64,000 bases of DNA from the human T2T-CHM13v2.0 reference genome, Homo sapiens. The notes below the pieces were generated by a model. That model ran no database searches and was not told where the DNA came from. It saw only the letters and a list, made by a program, of their open reading frames with translations. The translations under genes were made by a program, and so were the position numbers. This document shows positions 26,643 through 41,400 of this stretch, piece by piece (positions within the stretch are counted from its first letter, which is position 1; the number at the start of each line of letters is the position of its first letter). Location of the stretch: NCBI RefSeq assembly GCF_009914755.1, contig NC_060928.1. The stretch is one strand, 5' to 3'.

Positions 26643-29600
26643 ATATGCATAATATCTTTCACTTACCACAACCTTAAGAAGGAAAGAAAAAGTGATTATG
26701 TAATCTAAATATTTGTAGCCAGGGAAGCAAATAGTTCTTATTATAGTTTTATAAGAAGAACATTTTTGATTAATTTAAAGGGAAACCATAGACGTTTAAA
26801 ATAAAAAATAGAAGCAGAACCTTGATGTGGCTAACACAAGTTAGACAACATTTATTAAAGTTCTAAAGCTTTATAAAAATTGTAGACCAAATAGAAATCC
26901 ATAAAATTTCCTTTATTTTATTGCCCTTATCTAACTTAGCCACTAATAAATTAGTACAATATTTTATGGATATTTTCAGAGGCAGCTCTTATAATTTTCA
27001 GTTGACAACCTTAACAAGGTATTGGTTACATGAAATGCATGTTCATTCTCAACCACCCATCTGTTTTTTTTCTCTCCAGAAACAAATATTTTCATTTTAG
27101 ACTTCAAATTCCTATTTCCCATTTAGTGTGCGTTACTTATATCTGCTGTTTTATTTTTCTTGATGTATTTATAAGAAGTGAGAAAATCAGATCTAGACCC
27201 AGCTTACAGTTATGGAAGTTCTAGTGTTCTTCAGGGCAGAGCTTCTCAGGCAGCAGACTGTGGGCAGTAAACAGGTGTGCCACGGTATTTGCCCCCTGGC
27301 TCCTGGGTCTACCAGTCAGGGCCTGGGCCAGCCCAAATCTCTAAGCTCATTGCCCTCCCACCTCCAGCAGAGCAGTCTTGTCCACTGTGTGTGCTACACA
27401 AATACCACCTCCTTCCATGTGTGTTTCTCTTGGAGAAGGAGGAGCTTTGAGCTGTGCCCTTCCGGAACAAGGCTAAAGGAAATATGCAGGATTGACCCTG
27501 TGTTAAAGAGTAGAGCAGAAGAAGAGAGCACGAAGCAACCAGGATGAGGAAGAGGTGACATGAGGGACAAATGCACAGGGAAAGGAGGGAATATGGGAGG
27601 TCTTTCTGCCTAGTGGTCAGAAGGAAGGTCAGATGGCGATGGCAGGATCCTTAGACTAGAAAATAAGAGGCTTTCCTCTTCTTTAATGTCCAGAATCGTG
27701 ATTTATTTCTTTCCTTCATTACTTGTAGTTGTCCAAAGTGAAGAAATTCTTGGGAAGCTATTATGAAAACTATTTACAACTGAATGCATTCCCAATTACA
27801 AGCACTGGACCAGCATTATTTGGGTTTAGAATTTGAACTGACTGTGAATGGATTATGAGACTCATGTGAGTGTCCCCTGGCTGGTGGGTCATGGCCTGAA
27901 GCTGCACTGTGCAACCTGCAATGTGTTTCATAAAAATACTCAATTGAGGTAGCAAGTACTGGTGCTGGTGGCAGTGTTATTTCCACTTACAGGAGCAGTG
28001 TAGCTCCGTAGCAGTGCAATCAGTTTATAACTATGTGAAGATTTGTGTATGAGAACCTCAGTGAACTGACAACACATTACTGATTTACTCCGGTAATGTC
28101 CTGTGCTTTTTATAGATTAGCACCCCTGGGCAGCAGGCCATCTGGCTTGCCCTTTAGTTTGACCTGGCCTGTAGCATGGGTTTTGGAATTCACAGACCTG
28201 AGTTCAAGTCTGAGCTCTACCACCATTAGCTGAGCAACACTGGGCAACTTATTTAACATCTGTAAGCCACTGATTGCAAATCAGAGAGATGTGATAACCA
28301 TAAAATTTACTGCATGGTGTTGCTATGAACACTAAATGAATAATGTGTGCCATGTATCTAGAAGAGCTTAACACATGTTCACTCTCCTCTTCACTCCTGC
28401 AGCAACAGCAAAAATCATCTGTGGAGTTAACGGTAAAAAGATCTTATATTAGTAGCATCAGATGCTGAATAAACTCACAGAGATCAGTGCCTCATGCTCA
28501 ACTGGTAGGCCTAGCAAGGGACTCAGGAAGAAAACATCTCATAGGAGGACAAGAAAGGGTGTCAAAGAAGTAGACATTGAGGAAACAAAAAAACCCTCTG
28601 GAACCCTGACTACCATCCAGTGAGACAAGATTGACAATTAAAACAGAATAGACATAATATGATCCATGCCTCAGTTCCTATGCCTAATGTTATACAGTTT
28701 GGCAAAATGTACATAGTTTATTCATAATGCTGTCTTTAATTTTCTCAACTAATTGTTTTTATTTCTTTCTAAAGTATCTGGCAATCCCAACTGATAGACT
28801 CAATTGATCATTTAGTATAGAAAGGGTACGTTAGGAAAATCCAATCTTGACAATTTTTAATGATTTTTCTGATGTATTAAAAAGGTGGGACACTATAAAA
28901 ACTATGCTTTATATGACAGCTCTTGTAAAAAATCAAGGACAAAGGATAATTGAAAATATTCTTTCATTTTTCTAAAGAAATCTCTTTTAAATTCTTGGAA
29001 AAGATCAGGCACAGCAAAAGTGAGTTAAAGCCTTAAAAATATGTTACTGGTGTCTTAGACTCCAAAGTAGAAATATATACTCATTTTAAGTTGCAAGAAT
29101 AATAATCTAGATCTTTGGGGATTTTAAAAATTTCATCTCTTTTCCTTAAATGATTTTGAAACAAGGCATGAATATAAATAATACATATAGTACTTCTGGA
29201 TTTAAACATCTTTGATGAAATGATGGTACTGGCTTGGAATCTCTCTCTCTCACCACACACACGTTCATATGTGCACGTGTACGTGTACCTGTGATGTAGC
29301 TGTTTAGAATTGTTTGGCCTTCCGATGGACTGGCCACAGACCGTCCTGCCATGGCACGGTCTTGCCAGTCATTCTTTCAGCTTCCCAGCTCCCCTGGCAG
29401 TGGTGGAGAAGATCCCAGGCAGTGGTGGAGAAGATCCCAAGTTATTACCAACTGAACAAGTGAAGGAAAGTTGGGTATTTTAAGGCACATGAATTATTTT
29501 AGGATTTCTGGTTGTCCCTGGTTAAGTTTTTGATGATTACTGAAGATAAGAAAACTAGACTTAGACTTAATTATTACTTTCTTCAAAAAAAAAAAAAAAA

Positions 29601-30372
29601 AACCAAACAAACAAAAATAAAACAACTCCTGCAGAGTTTCAGAAGATTCTGGAAATTGACATGATTTCCTAATGTTCCAGTTGGTAGATATCTTGGGCTG
29701 GCCTGAGGACTTGTCATTTCAGTCGCAGGCAGACACTAGATATGCTTTTTGGGGGATGGGTCAAAAGGAGACTGTGCCTGAAACACCGAGGGCTTTATGC
29801 TTCCTTTTGTGAATTCTAACACTAATCATATTCATCATAAAAGACGTTTCCAATACTGAGAGAGTGTAAGGCGAAAATCAAAAAGGTCACTTTACCCTTA
29901 ATCACACCCCCTATGTCTTTAAAAGCAAGAAGACTAATACAAAAATCCTTGTATATGCAATGAAAGCTTTCTGAATGCTACGTAAGGAGCTGCTTATATA
30001 AGGGACTGCTTATCTAACATTCTGAAAGTTTTTGTTGCATTTACAGGGATTTTTATATTTGTCTTTTTGCTTTTTACACGTATAGGGCCATGCTGTAGAT
30101 GCTCTTCAGCTACTTCTGTTTTTTGCTTTTGTTTACCAGTATATTGTAAACACCTTTTTGTTGGTCCCTATAGATCTACCTCATTGTTTTCAATAACTGC
30201 ATTGTATTCTACTGAATAGAAGTCCTATAGTAAGGGCAGATAACTATTGTATGTGTTTAGAAATTTTTTATTACAAGCAATTTGTCAATGAACCTTCTTG
30301 TAATCTTTGTGAATGCAAGTATATCCTACAGGTTAAATTCTTAGAAGTGGAATTATGTGGCCAAAAGGTGTG

Positions 30373-30921
30373 TGTGATGGTTAATATTGTGTCAACTTGA
30401 TTGGATTGAAGGATGCAAAGTATTGTTGTTCCTGGGTGTGTCTGTGAGGCAATTGCCAAAGGAGATTAACATTTGAATCAGTGGATTGGGAAGGGCAGAC
30501 CCACCCTCAATGTGGGTGGACACAATCTAATCAGCTGCCAGGGCGGCCAGAATAAAAGCAGGCAGAAGAAGATGGAAAGATTAGACTGGCTAAGTTTTCT
30601 GGCCTCCATCTTTCTCCCATACTGGATGCTCCCTGCCCTCGAACATCAGAATCCAAGTTCTTCAGCTTTGGACTCAGACTTACATCAGTGATTTGCCAGC
30701 GGCTCTTGGGCCTTTGGCCACAGACTGAAGGCTGTACTACTGGCTTCCCTACTTTTGAGGTCTGGGGACTTTGGGACTGGCTTCCTGTCTCCTCACCTTG
30801 CAGATGGCCTATTGTGGGACTTCACCTTGTGGTCCTGTGAGTCAATTCTTCTAATAAACTTTCCTTTGTATATGCATCTATCCCATTAGTTCTGTCCCTC
30901 CAGAGAACCCTGACTAATACA
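30373..30921 (+). mobile_element. MLT2A (HERV-L) solo LTR, MLT2A2-like by length (549 bp), nested in an old L1 remnant
   Basis: TGTGATGGTTAATATTG..TCAACTTGATTGGATTGAAGGATGC...GAGAACCCTGACTAATACA; 5-bp TSD GTGTG/GTATG. Confidence 0.88.
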
Positions 30922-31681
30922 GTATGGAAATTTACATTTTTGGTTATTATTGCTAAATGACCATAAAAAGGTAATATATATTTATACTCCTACCAACAAT
31001 GTATGAGAGTTTGTTATTTCACCCACATCCTCTAGCCTTTAGCATTGTCAGACTTTGAAATTGTTGGCATTGCTATTTCATGTTTTTAATGAACGTTTAA
31101 AAAAATTATGAGTGAGGTCAGTGCTTTTATGTTTACTAATCATTGGTGTTTATTTTTCTATAGCTTGTCCATTTTCTACACATCTAGTTTTTATTTATAA
31201 TAGTTTTGTTGCACATTAAAGGAATTAGATACTTGTGTGCCATATTCTAAATAAGTTTTAAGTCTGCTGTGTTTTGAAGTCATGAAAATTTTTTTGCATG
31301 TGTGTGGATGTCTTTAATATGTGTATATTAATTAAATATTCTACAATGATGCATGCATTTCATACCATTCTTAGAAAGGCTTTTCTCAATCTACAGCTGT
31401 TTTTTAAAAATGAGCTATTTTCTTCTATGACTTTTACAATTTTTTTGATGATTTCTTACCTTATGGTTAAAAATTTGACACATTTGAAATTTATTTTGGT
31501 GTAATGCTTGAGGATAGGATCCAGATATGTTTGTCTTCCGGGTGGTTGGTCAGTTTTGCTCAAAATACTGATGAAAATCATATATCTTTCTTCTACTGAT
31601 TACCACTTTACTTACACAAAATCCTCACATGGGTTCAAGTCTATCTATACTCACTCTGTTCCACTGACCGTTCTCGTTTGA

Positions 31682-31997
<316 letters not shown>

Positions 31998-33077
31998 ACG
32001 AATTTATGCAGTCTTAGATTTTAATATTCTTTACTAGCTAGTCTTCCTTTTTTGATTCTCTCTCTGTCTCTGTCTCTCTGTGTGTATTTTAAGCCCTAAT
32101 AATAAAAGGATAGAAGTTTCTATACAGGTTGAAGGTGACCTTGGGTTGTGAGTATATATTTGGCAATTAAGCTGCCAGATAAAGATGAGTTTATTCCACA
32201 AAATAGTTCTTGAAAGCCTACTGGGCCAGGCACTCTCCTGGGCTCTGCAGACACAGCAATGAATAAGAAAGAAAAGGTTCCTGTTCTTGCTGAGCTTACA
32301 TTAGAGAGTGGGGGAGGGGCGTACAAACAATTAGCAAATAAACAAATGTATACGGTCTTATTGTGTCATGAAGTGAAATGAAGAAAATAAATTAGGGTGA
32401 TGAGCTAGAGAGTGAGGGAGGAGTCAGGTATTTTAGATAAGTTACTTGGGGAAGGTTTTCTGAGTGACATTTGAGCGTAGCCTTAAGTTAAGCTTCAGTT
32501 TATCATATCTAATTTCTTTCTAAATGGCTTGACCTTGATACTTTAGTGTCTAAAATAGAATTTGTTGTCTTTCCCTTAAAATCTGTTCCCCTCTGATCTT
32601 CACCGTTTTGGTCAGTGTTATCATCATATTTCTTAGCTGTCCAGACCCTGAAATTTTGGGGCCATTTGCTTCTTTGTTTCCTTTCCCATATGACCCATTG
32701 GTAGGTCCAGAGCACTTTCTCTAGAGTGTCTCCAGCATGTTTCTTCCTTGGCCATTACCATGGTGTGTGCTTAAAATTGCCCACAGTGAGATCATCATGT
32801 CTGCCTCTAAACCAGTGTCTCTGCCTCCAGTGTCTCCCACTTTCAACCCAGACTCACCCTGCTGAGATGTTAAGCTTCTAAAATACAGATTTCTGATCAA
32901 AATCTTTGAGCTGCAAATGGAAAATATTTTGCTTATAGAATGACATTAGACTGCTTTATTTCAGATTCAAGATCTTGCAAAATCTGAGATCTGCTCAATT
33001 CTCAACTCTTCTTTCCAAATGAATGCTTCCTATCTGCCAGGTACAATTCTAAATGCTGTATGTATTGATTCATTTAA

Positions 33078-33419
<342 letters not shown>

Positions 33420-34558
33420 TAATTGCCACCTTATAAATAAGGAAACTGAAGCATGGAGAATTAACTTGACTCATCTAAAGTCGTGGAGCCAGCACATAGA
33501 CATCCATCATTGCAATCGAAGAAATCTGGCCTCTACCCTTGGTGGTATATGTTACCTTCTAATGTTTCAAGATCTATTCCTGCTTGTGTGTGATTGAATG
33601 TTGTTCCTTCTGGCAGAAATCCTCTTTTCCCGGCTCATTTTTGCTTGTCTATGTCCTCAAGTCCCAGCTCAGGTAGCCTCCTATCCCTTTCTCTCACCAG
33701 CCTCATCCTCATTAGTGGCTTCCACCCCTGAACTCTCAGGACAGTTTTAGGATGTATCACCCACTACTACACAGTGGAGCAGATGATTTTGAGCACATCT
33801 TCTGTTTCTGCAACTAGATCGCAAACTACCTTAAGGTAGACACAGTGGCTTATTCCTCTGGGGCCCTAAGAAAGACCTAACTTGCATAGTAGGTACTTAA
33901 TGTTGATTGTTGACCATGTCAGTCATACAACACTCAATGGAATAAAGCTTGTGTCTAGATATTGGTGACAACTTTAGCACATTTAAATTTAAATTATGCT
34001 GTGTAAAAATTTCAGAATAAAGACAGAGAAATTCACTCAACAAACACTTATGGAGCATATGCTGTGCACCTGGCATTGTTGTCAGTACTCAGAAGGCACC
34101 CCTGAACATGTGAGACATAGTCAGAATAGACTAGGTTGTGTTGCAATAGCAAACAATTGCCAAATCACAGTGGCTTAAAAAGAAAGGTTTATTCCTTTAC
34201 CATACTCTATGTCCTTTGATGGCTGCCAGGGGAATAATGTTCGAATTAATCACTCAGGGAGCGAGCCCAGTGGAGCAGCCTCCATCTACAAAGATGCAGA
34301 TGCTGTGTCGGAGGGAGGAATGGACGTGGCAGATGTGCTGACTGGGAAGAGCTCTGCCCGCAGCAGCAGCAGGCATCCCTTCTGCTCACTTTCTATTGGC
34401 CAAAGCAAGTCACATAGCCACGCCCAACTCGGGGGCGGGGGGGGGGGGCAGGGAAATCCGCTCCTACACTAGACCTGGAAGGACAGAGCGCCCATGGCTA
34501 TGGATAGACTCCCCACAGACAAAGATTTCTGTCTCGTGGAGCTTATTCCAGTCTCTCA

Positions 34559-35152
<594 letters not shown>

Positions 35153-36109
35153 TTAGGCAGCAAGGAAGCCAGTGTGGTGGAGCAGATGGGGACCGACAGA
35201 GTTTGGGGCATGAGGCCTTGGGGATTCCAAGCCTTTTCCTGCGAATGGTACAAGGAGCCGTGTCAGAATTTAAGGCAGAAAAATAACCCGATTTCACTAA
35301 CTTGATAAAGGATCTGTGTTGGGAATGGACTCTGGGAGGGTAAAGATGGAGGCAGGGGGCGGCGACGAGCAAGACAGTGATCCAGGTGAGAGCTGAGGCG
35401 GCTCACCCGGGATGGCGCTTTTCCTTGCCATGGGCTCTGATATCAGATTTCCCTTCAAATGTGTGTTTTAAAACGCAGTTTTGGCTTCAAACGCTGCGTG
35501 GCACTAAGGATGAAATCCAGTTTCTTCCCACGACCCAGAAGACGGCCGAGCTTCACCCTCTGGCTTCATCCCCTGGCACCCTGCTCCGCGTTTAGTGAAG
35601 CCAGCTACACTGGCCTCCTTTTGGTCACTTGATTACAACAAATTCTTCCAGCCTCGCGGACATTCCCTTTACCTAGAACATGTTCTCTCCTTTTTCATGT
35701 CTTAGCTCAAATGTCTCCCGTTGGAGAGGCTTTCCCTGACCTCAAGGAGGCCTCTCCTGTTTATTGTTGGTCTCACCACTCCGTGTACTTCCTTCATGGT
35801 GGTTACTGCAGTCTGCAGGCCTATAGTTTACCTAATTCCTTTTCAATGGTCTATTTCTTACTGCTAGAACGTAAGCTCTATAATCAAGACAGCTGGGATT
35901 GGCTGTGTCTTGTTCTGTGTGGAAATTCCAGTGTCTAGAGTAGTACCTGGCAGAATTAGGCACACAACAAGTGTGTGCATGAAAACAATGAATGAGTCAA
36001 GAGTCCCAAGGGATGAGAAGGCATCAAGGAGGCGAAGGTGCGGAACAGTGCGTAGAAGGCCCTGGGTTCAAGTAGTCTCATAAAAGCTGGAGAAGGTGTT
36101 GCTTTAGAT

Positions 36110-36330
36110 CAAGCTTATCCAACCTGCTGCCTGCAGGTGGCATGAGGCCCAGAATGGCGTTGAATGTGGCCTAACACAAATTTGTAAACTTTCTTAAAAC
36201 ATGAGATTATGTTTTTTTGCAATTTTTTAAAGCGTATCTGCTATTGTTAGTGTTTGTGCATTTTATGTGTGGCTCAAGATAATTCTTTTTTTTCCAATGT
36301 GGCCCAAGGAAGTCAAAAGACTGGACACCC
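36110..36330 (+). mobile_element. MER30-like hAT-Charlie DNA transposon
   Basis: CAAGCTTATCCAACC...AAATTTGTAAACTTTCTTAAAACAT...AAAAGACTGGACACCC; 8-bp TSD CTTTAGAT/CTTTAAAT. Confidence 0.8.
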
Positions 36331-37180
36331 CTTTAAATGGGAAAGTGTTTTTTGAACCCCAAAGTGGGTGCCATCACTCTGAGCATGCTGGGCCCTTATC
36401 ATATTCTAATGACCTGGTTTTTGTATCTGTTTCCCCCACCAGGGGCTATGTGCTATTCTTCCTTTTATCCCTGGTGCCTACGGGTTCAAGGAATATTTTA
36501 TTGCACCAAACTATACTGACTGCTCATGTGTTCAGACTCTCATGCTGAGCTCTCTAATTAGATCCTCATGAAAAATAAAATCTTATCGTGAATCTTGTAG
36601 GGCCTTCATGGAAAAAAAATTGTGTATGCCTGCCATGATATTTTGGACACACTGAGATGTTTTTAATCAAGCCACCATCTGGGCCATACATTTTAGTAAC
36701 TCTATTTTATTGTGTTCCGTCAATTCATGGCAGCCTCACACAATCTGAAGTATGGCATTTGAACTATGACCTATAACAACTCAGGGAGATGCCTATTTCC
36801 TTCCTGAAGTTTTAAGATCCAATGCAACTTGAAATGAAAGAAATAAGGGGCTAATAAGATGAAAAGCAGTCTTCAGGAGTGGACAGTGGACACAGGCAGG
36901 CATGGCAAAGATGGTTAACCAGGTGAAAAACTGCGAGTAACCAAGAGGTGAATGCAACACTTTCTCTAGTCACTATCAGTGTTCCAACACAGGTGGAATC
37001 CTGAAAAGAACAGCAAACATTTTGGATGGTGGAAGTATGAAAAATGTGGGAAAGGAAGAGGGAAGAGGAGAATAAGATATGAAGTGTGTTTTCTGTATTT
37101 TATAACTGCTGTTGAATTGATTTCTTCTGAAACCCTATCGGTGACTTTAGCTTTAGGTTATAATTTTGTTTCCGATTTAA

Positions 37181-37607
<427 letters not shown>

Positions 37608-37909
37608 CAGGCATACTTATTTTCATTTCACAAATGAGGAAAGACAGGCTTGGGGCTCTAGGCTCCTTGCTCCAGGTCAGAGAGCTGTTACACGGCAGAG
37701 CTGCAAACATGGGTCTTTTGATAACACACCTACTGTGTCCTGCCACCCTTACTTTGTTGTTTAAATCTATTGTTTTATTAGATAAGGTTCTCCTGAGCCA
37801 AGATTTCAGTTGCAAGTGATGTGGTGAGCAAGTGCTTCCAGGAGAAGCCAGTGAGGGTTGGGGGAAGAGACACAGGGAATGGGAAGGAGCCCACACTCAG
37901 CCTGACTTT

Positions 37910-38324
37910 CCTTTTTACTTGTATAAATGTATGGCATACAAGTATAATTTTGTTACATGCAGAAATTGTGCAGTAGTGACGTCAGGGATTTTAGGGTATA
38001 CATCACCCAAATAATGTACAGTGTACTCCTTACATAATACCTCATCGTCTGCCCCCTCCCACTGCCCCCACCACTCCGAGTTTCCATTGTCCATCATTAC
38101 ACACTCTAAGTGCATGTGCACACATTATTTAGCTCCCACTTATAAGCGAGAACATGCAGTATTTGTCTTTCTACGTCTGACTTACTTCACTTAAGATAAT
38201 GGCATTCAGTTTCATCCACATTGCTTCAAAGGACATGATCTTATTCTTTTTAATGGCTGAACAGTATTCCAATGTGTGTGTGTATATATATGTGTGTGTG
38301 TATATATATATGTGTATATATATT

Positions 38325-38379
<55 letters not shown>

Positions 38380-38433
38380 CTTTATCTTAGTCATTGATGG
38401 ACACTTGGGCTGATTCTATATCTTTGCTATAGT
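37910..38433 (-). mobile_element. 5'-truncated L1 3' end (L1MA-like) with internal (TG)/(TA) microsatellite at about 38273-38370
   Basis: TTAGCTCCCACTTATAAGCGAGAACATGCAGTATTTG; TSD TCAGCCTGA(C/T)TTT at 37897-37909 and 38434-38446. Confidence 0.85.
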
Positions 38434-41400
38434 TCAGCCTGATTTTTGAGGGAGGGGTACTGCAGAGCATAAATTACATCTCCGAACTTATTCACCTTGG
38501 GGCAAAGGAGTTGGCCTTTTGTATTCCTACATACTTCTGTTATTGGCCAGTCAGCAGGAGGTGTCCCCCACCACAGGGAGGAACCAGGAGAACAAGGAGG
38601 ACCCAGTGCACTGAGCAATCTTCTCATGGGTGGGAGTGCCAGCCTGTTAGCAGCAAAGCACATTAGAGGGGCTCCAACAATGTACTCCAAATCTACGCTC
38701 AACAGGAGGACTAAATAAGTGGGATAAGCAAAAGCTACTTAGAATTTTAAAAATGCTGCCTGAATATAAGAAATCATTTTATTCTGGTGCATTCTTAGGA
38801 CAAATGGAATCATTCCAGAACCTTCTTTAAAATCAGAATCAGATACACTTGCAGTAATCTGACTCTCTCCCTGAGGAATCTGATATGAAGACACTCATTT
38901 AGAAAAAGGAGTTGTGGACAAAGCTGGATATTGTTTCACTGAATTTACAGAATTAATTCTTTTAACTCATTCTGTTCAGATAAAAAAGATCAAGCCCAGC
39001 GGACAAGTGATTTAGCCCCAAGCCACATAACTGGTAATTGACAGAAGCTGAATGCAAAGTCAGGTCTCCGGACACCCAGTCCAGAGTCCTTTCCAGTCCC
39101 TACCTGCCCAGCATTAGGAAGCGATTTTGTTTTCTAGCTGGGCCAGACAGGGATCCAGGAAGGAAGAAGTGAGGGAGACATCCCCTTCTTTGACTCTGAT
39201 CTTCAGCATTTTTGAAGCCCACTCAGACATGCAGAGAGATTAAGTCTATTGAATGCTTTTCAAGTCCTTCTCTACCGTGGATGGGAAGGAAAGCATTCCT
39301 GTGACTCATTTGTAAAGACTGCATTATGTGACAAAGTCACATGAATACAGGAAGTCATCAGGCCACAGTGAGGAAAGGACGCTGGGGACAGGGGGCTGCT
39401 TTGCTCCTGAGAAGGCCCTCACAGTGACAATTGTGATCTGAAGGTCCTCAGAGTTTAGTAGAAGGAAAAAAATCCATCTCCTTGCATTTTTCTTCAGGCA
39501 GTCTTATGCAGTGCTTATGTATAGCTGCCTCGTCCAAGGGTTTGTCATCTTGTTTCTTCCTCTTTTATAAGGAAAGATGTTATTTGAAGGAAAAACATGA
39601 GTGAGAGATGAGGGATCTGAGCAGTCTCATATACCTTGCCAGGCCCTTTTATGGACTGGGAGCATCCTTCATGCAAAATTCATGGAGTCATTCTTATGAG
39701 AAGTTCAGCATGCATACTGTTTTCTATGGTCTTAGATTTCTAAGAAAAATGTGAATCTCTAAAGAAAAAAAGTTACTTGCCAATATGTAAAGCCTTTTAA
39801 TTTGTACTGAAGCTTAAAAAAAAAGTTTAAACAAAACCCAGATGGAAGCTGTCTAAATGCCTAGGTTAGAAAGAAGATTGGGTCAAATACAATAGCAAGT
39901 CCTAAAGCAATAGCCTGCTGCAGGGAGTACAAATCTATCCTCATTTAGTCTAAATGTAGAGTAACCTTTCACCACCAAGCCTTGAGCTTAAAGTTGGCTG
40001 CAGTTATTGGAAATCATTCCCAAAGGTCATTTGTTAAAAAAAAAAAAAAGAAAAAGAAAAAAAGAAAAAAAAGTAACACGGATTTAAAGATACCTTCCAT
40101 ACATGTAGAAAGCCAAGTCTGCCATGCTAGTTAAAATAACATGGGATAAATCATTGTTGCAGTGATGAGTTTTGAAAATAATCTGAAAGGTCTAGGGCTA
40201 TACAGATAGCAATTTAATTTTCTTTCCTTATCCATTAGTAGAATTGTTCCTATGTGTATTGCTAAGCTATTTACCGACACCGTATTATAAGCATCTGAAA
40301 AAGAATATGCATTATTGCACTTAGGAGGGAATTACTGAGAACCATTTGCTTTCATTAGGTCAGGGATATTACACTGAGGCCAGGCAGAGAACATTCCCAT
40401 GAGCAAAAGTCTGACTCTCCAATGACTTTTGAGAGTCTTGGTGACTCTCAAATGTCACCAAGCGGTGACATTTATATGCAGGGTGTCCAACATGTCATTA
40501 GAGATTTTTCAAAGGGCATATATAGCCAAAGTCACTAGCGCATGATGCGTGCACCACCTTAGTAAGTTAAAAAAAAAACTTCACGGGCTCAGCAGGAGTA
40601 CACAAATACTCTTATGTCCATCAGTGAATGCTAAATGAGTCCCCTTATTAGATGCAGGCAGAAAGAGAGCAGGTATGTGCATGTGTAAGAAATAAGACAT
40701 GTTTTGATGATTCTCAAAGACATCTGCTCTTTTCCTGTTTTTTTTTTTTCTCCCAATGTAAAATTTTGTTTAAAGGGGAAAATAGATTTTTTTTGGAATA
40801 AAACAGAAATTCATAACAAATTTTTCTATTTTATTTAATTAGAAATCTGTCTCAAAATTTTTCTTTTTACTCTTCCCAACTAACCCATTTATTTTCCCTT
40901 TTTCTGATGCGTGTGTGTGTGTGCTGCTCTTCGGAGTGGATTCCTAAGGACAATGATAATATCTATTTTAGATACTTTATTTAGGACTTGTATGTTTATT
41001 AAGTTTTAAATCCTGTCATTTATTATTAATAATCCTTTCATTTATTGCCACCCCTCACAAATGTATAGAGCATCTCTCCTGTGCTAGAACTTTCCTAGCC
41101 ACTTGAACCCACTTAGATGAAAAATAAGACATCTCTTCTGTTCTCACAAATATTCGTCTGTTTTTGTTAGCAAAGACAGAAGTGTCTATCATGAGTTTTG
41201 TGATGCAGAGGAATAAACACATGTTCATAAAAACATCTGACTTTTAGTGTTGCTTCTAACACTTACCAGCCTCGTAAGCAGAGGGAAGAAACTTCATCTA
41301 AGTCTTAGTTTCTTCAACTGTAAAATGAGAAAAAATAGTGTCAGTCCTACTTACCTCACAGGGCTGTGGAGAAAATAAAATGAAAGTAAACATTATGAAA

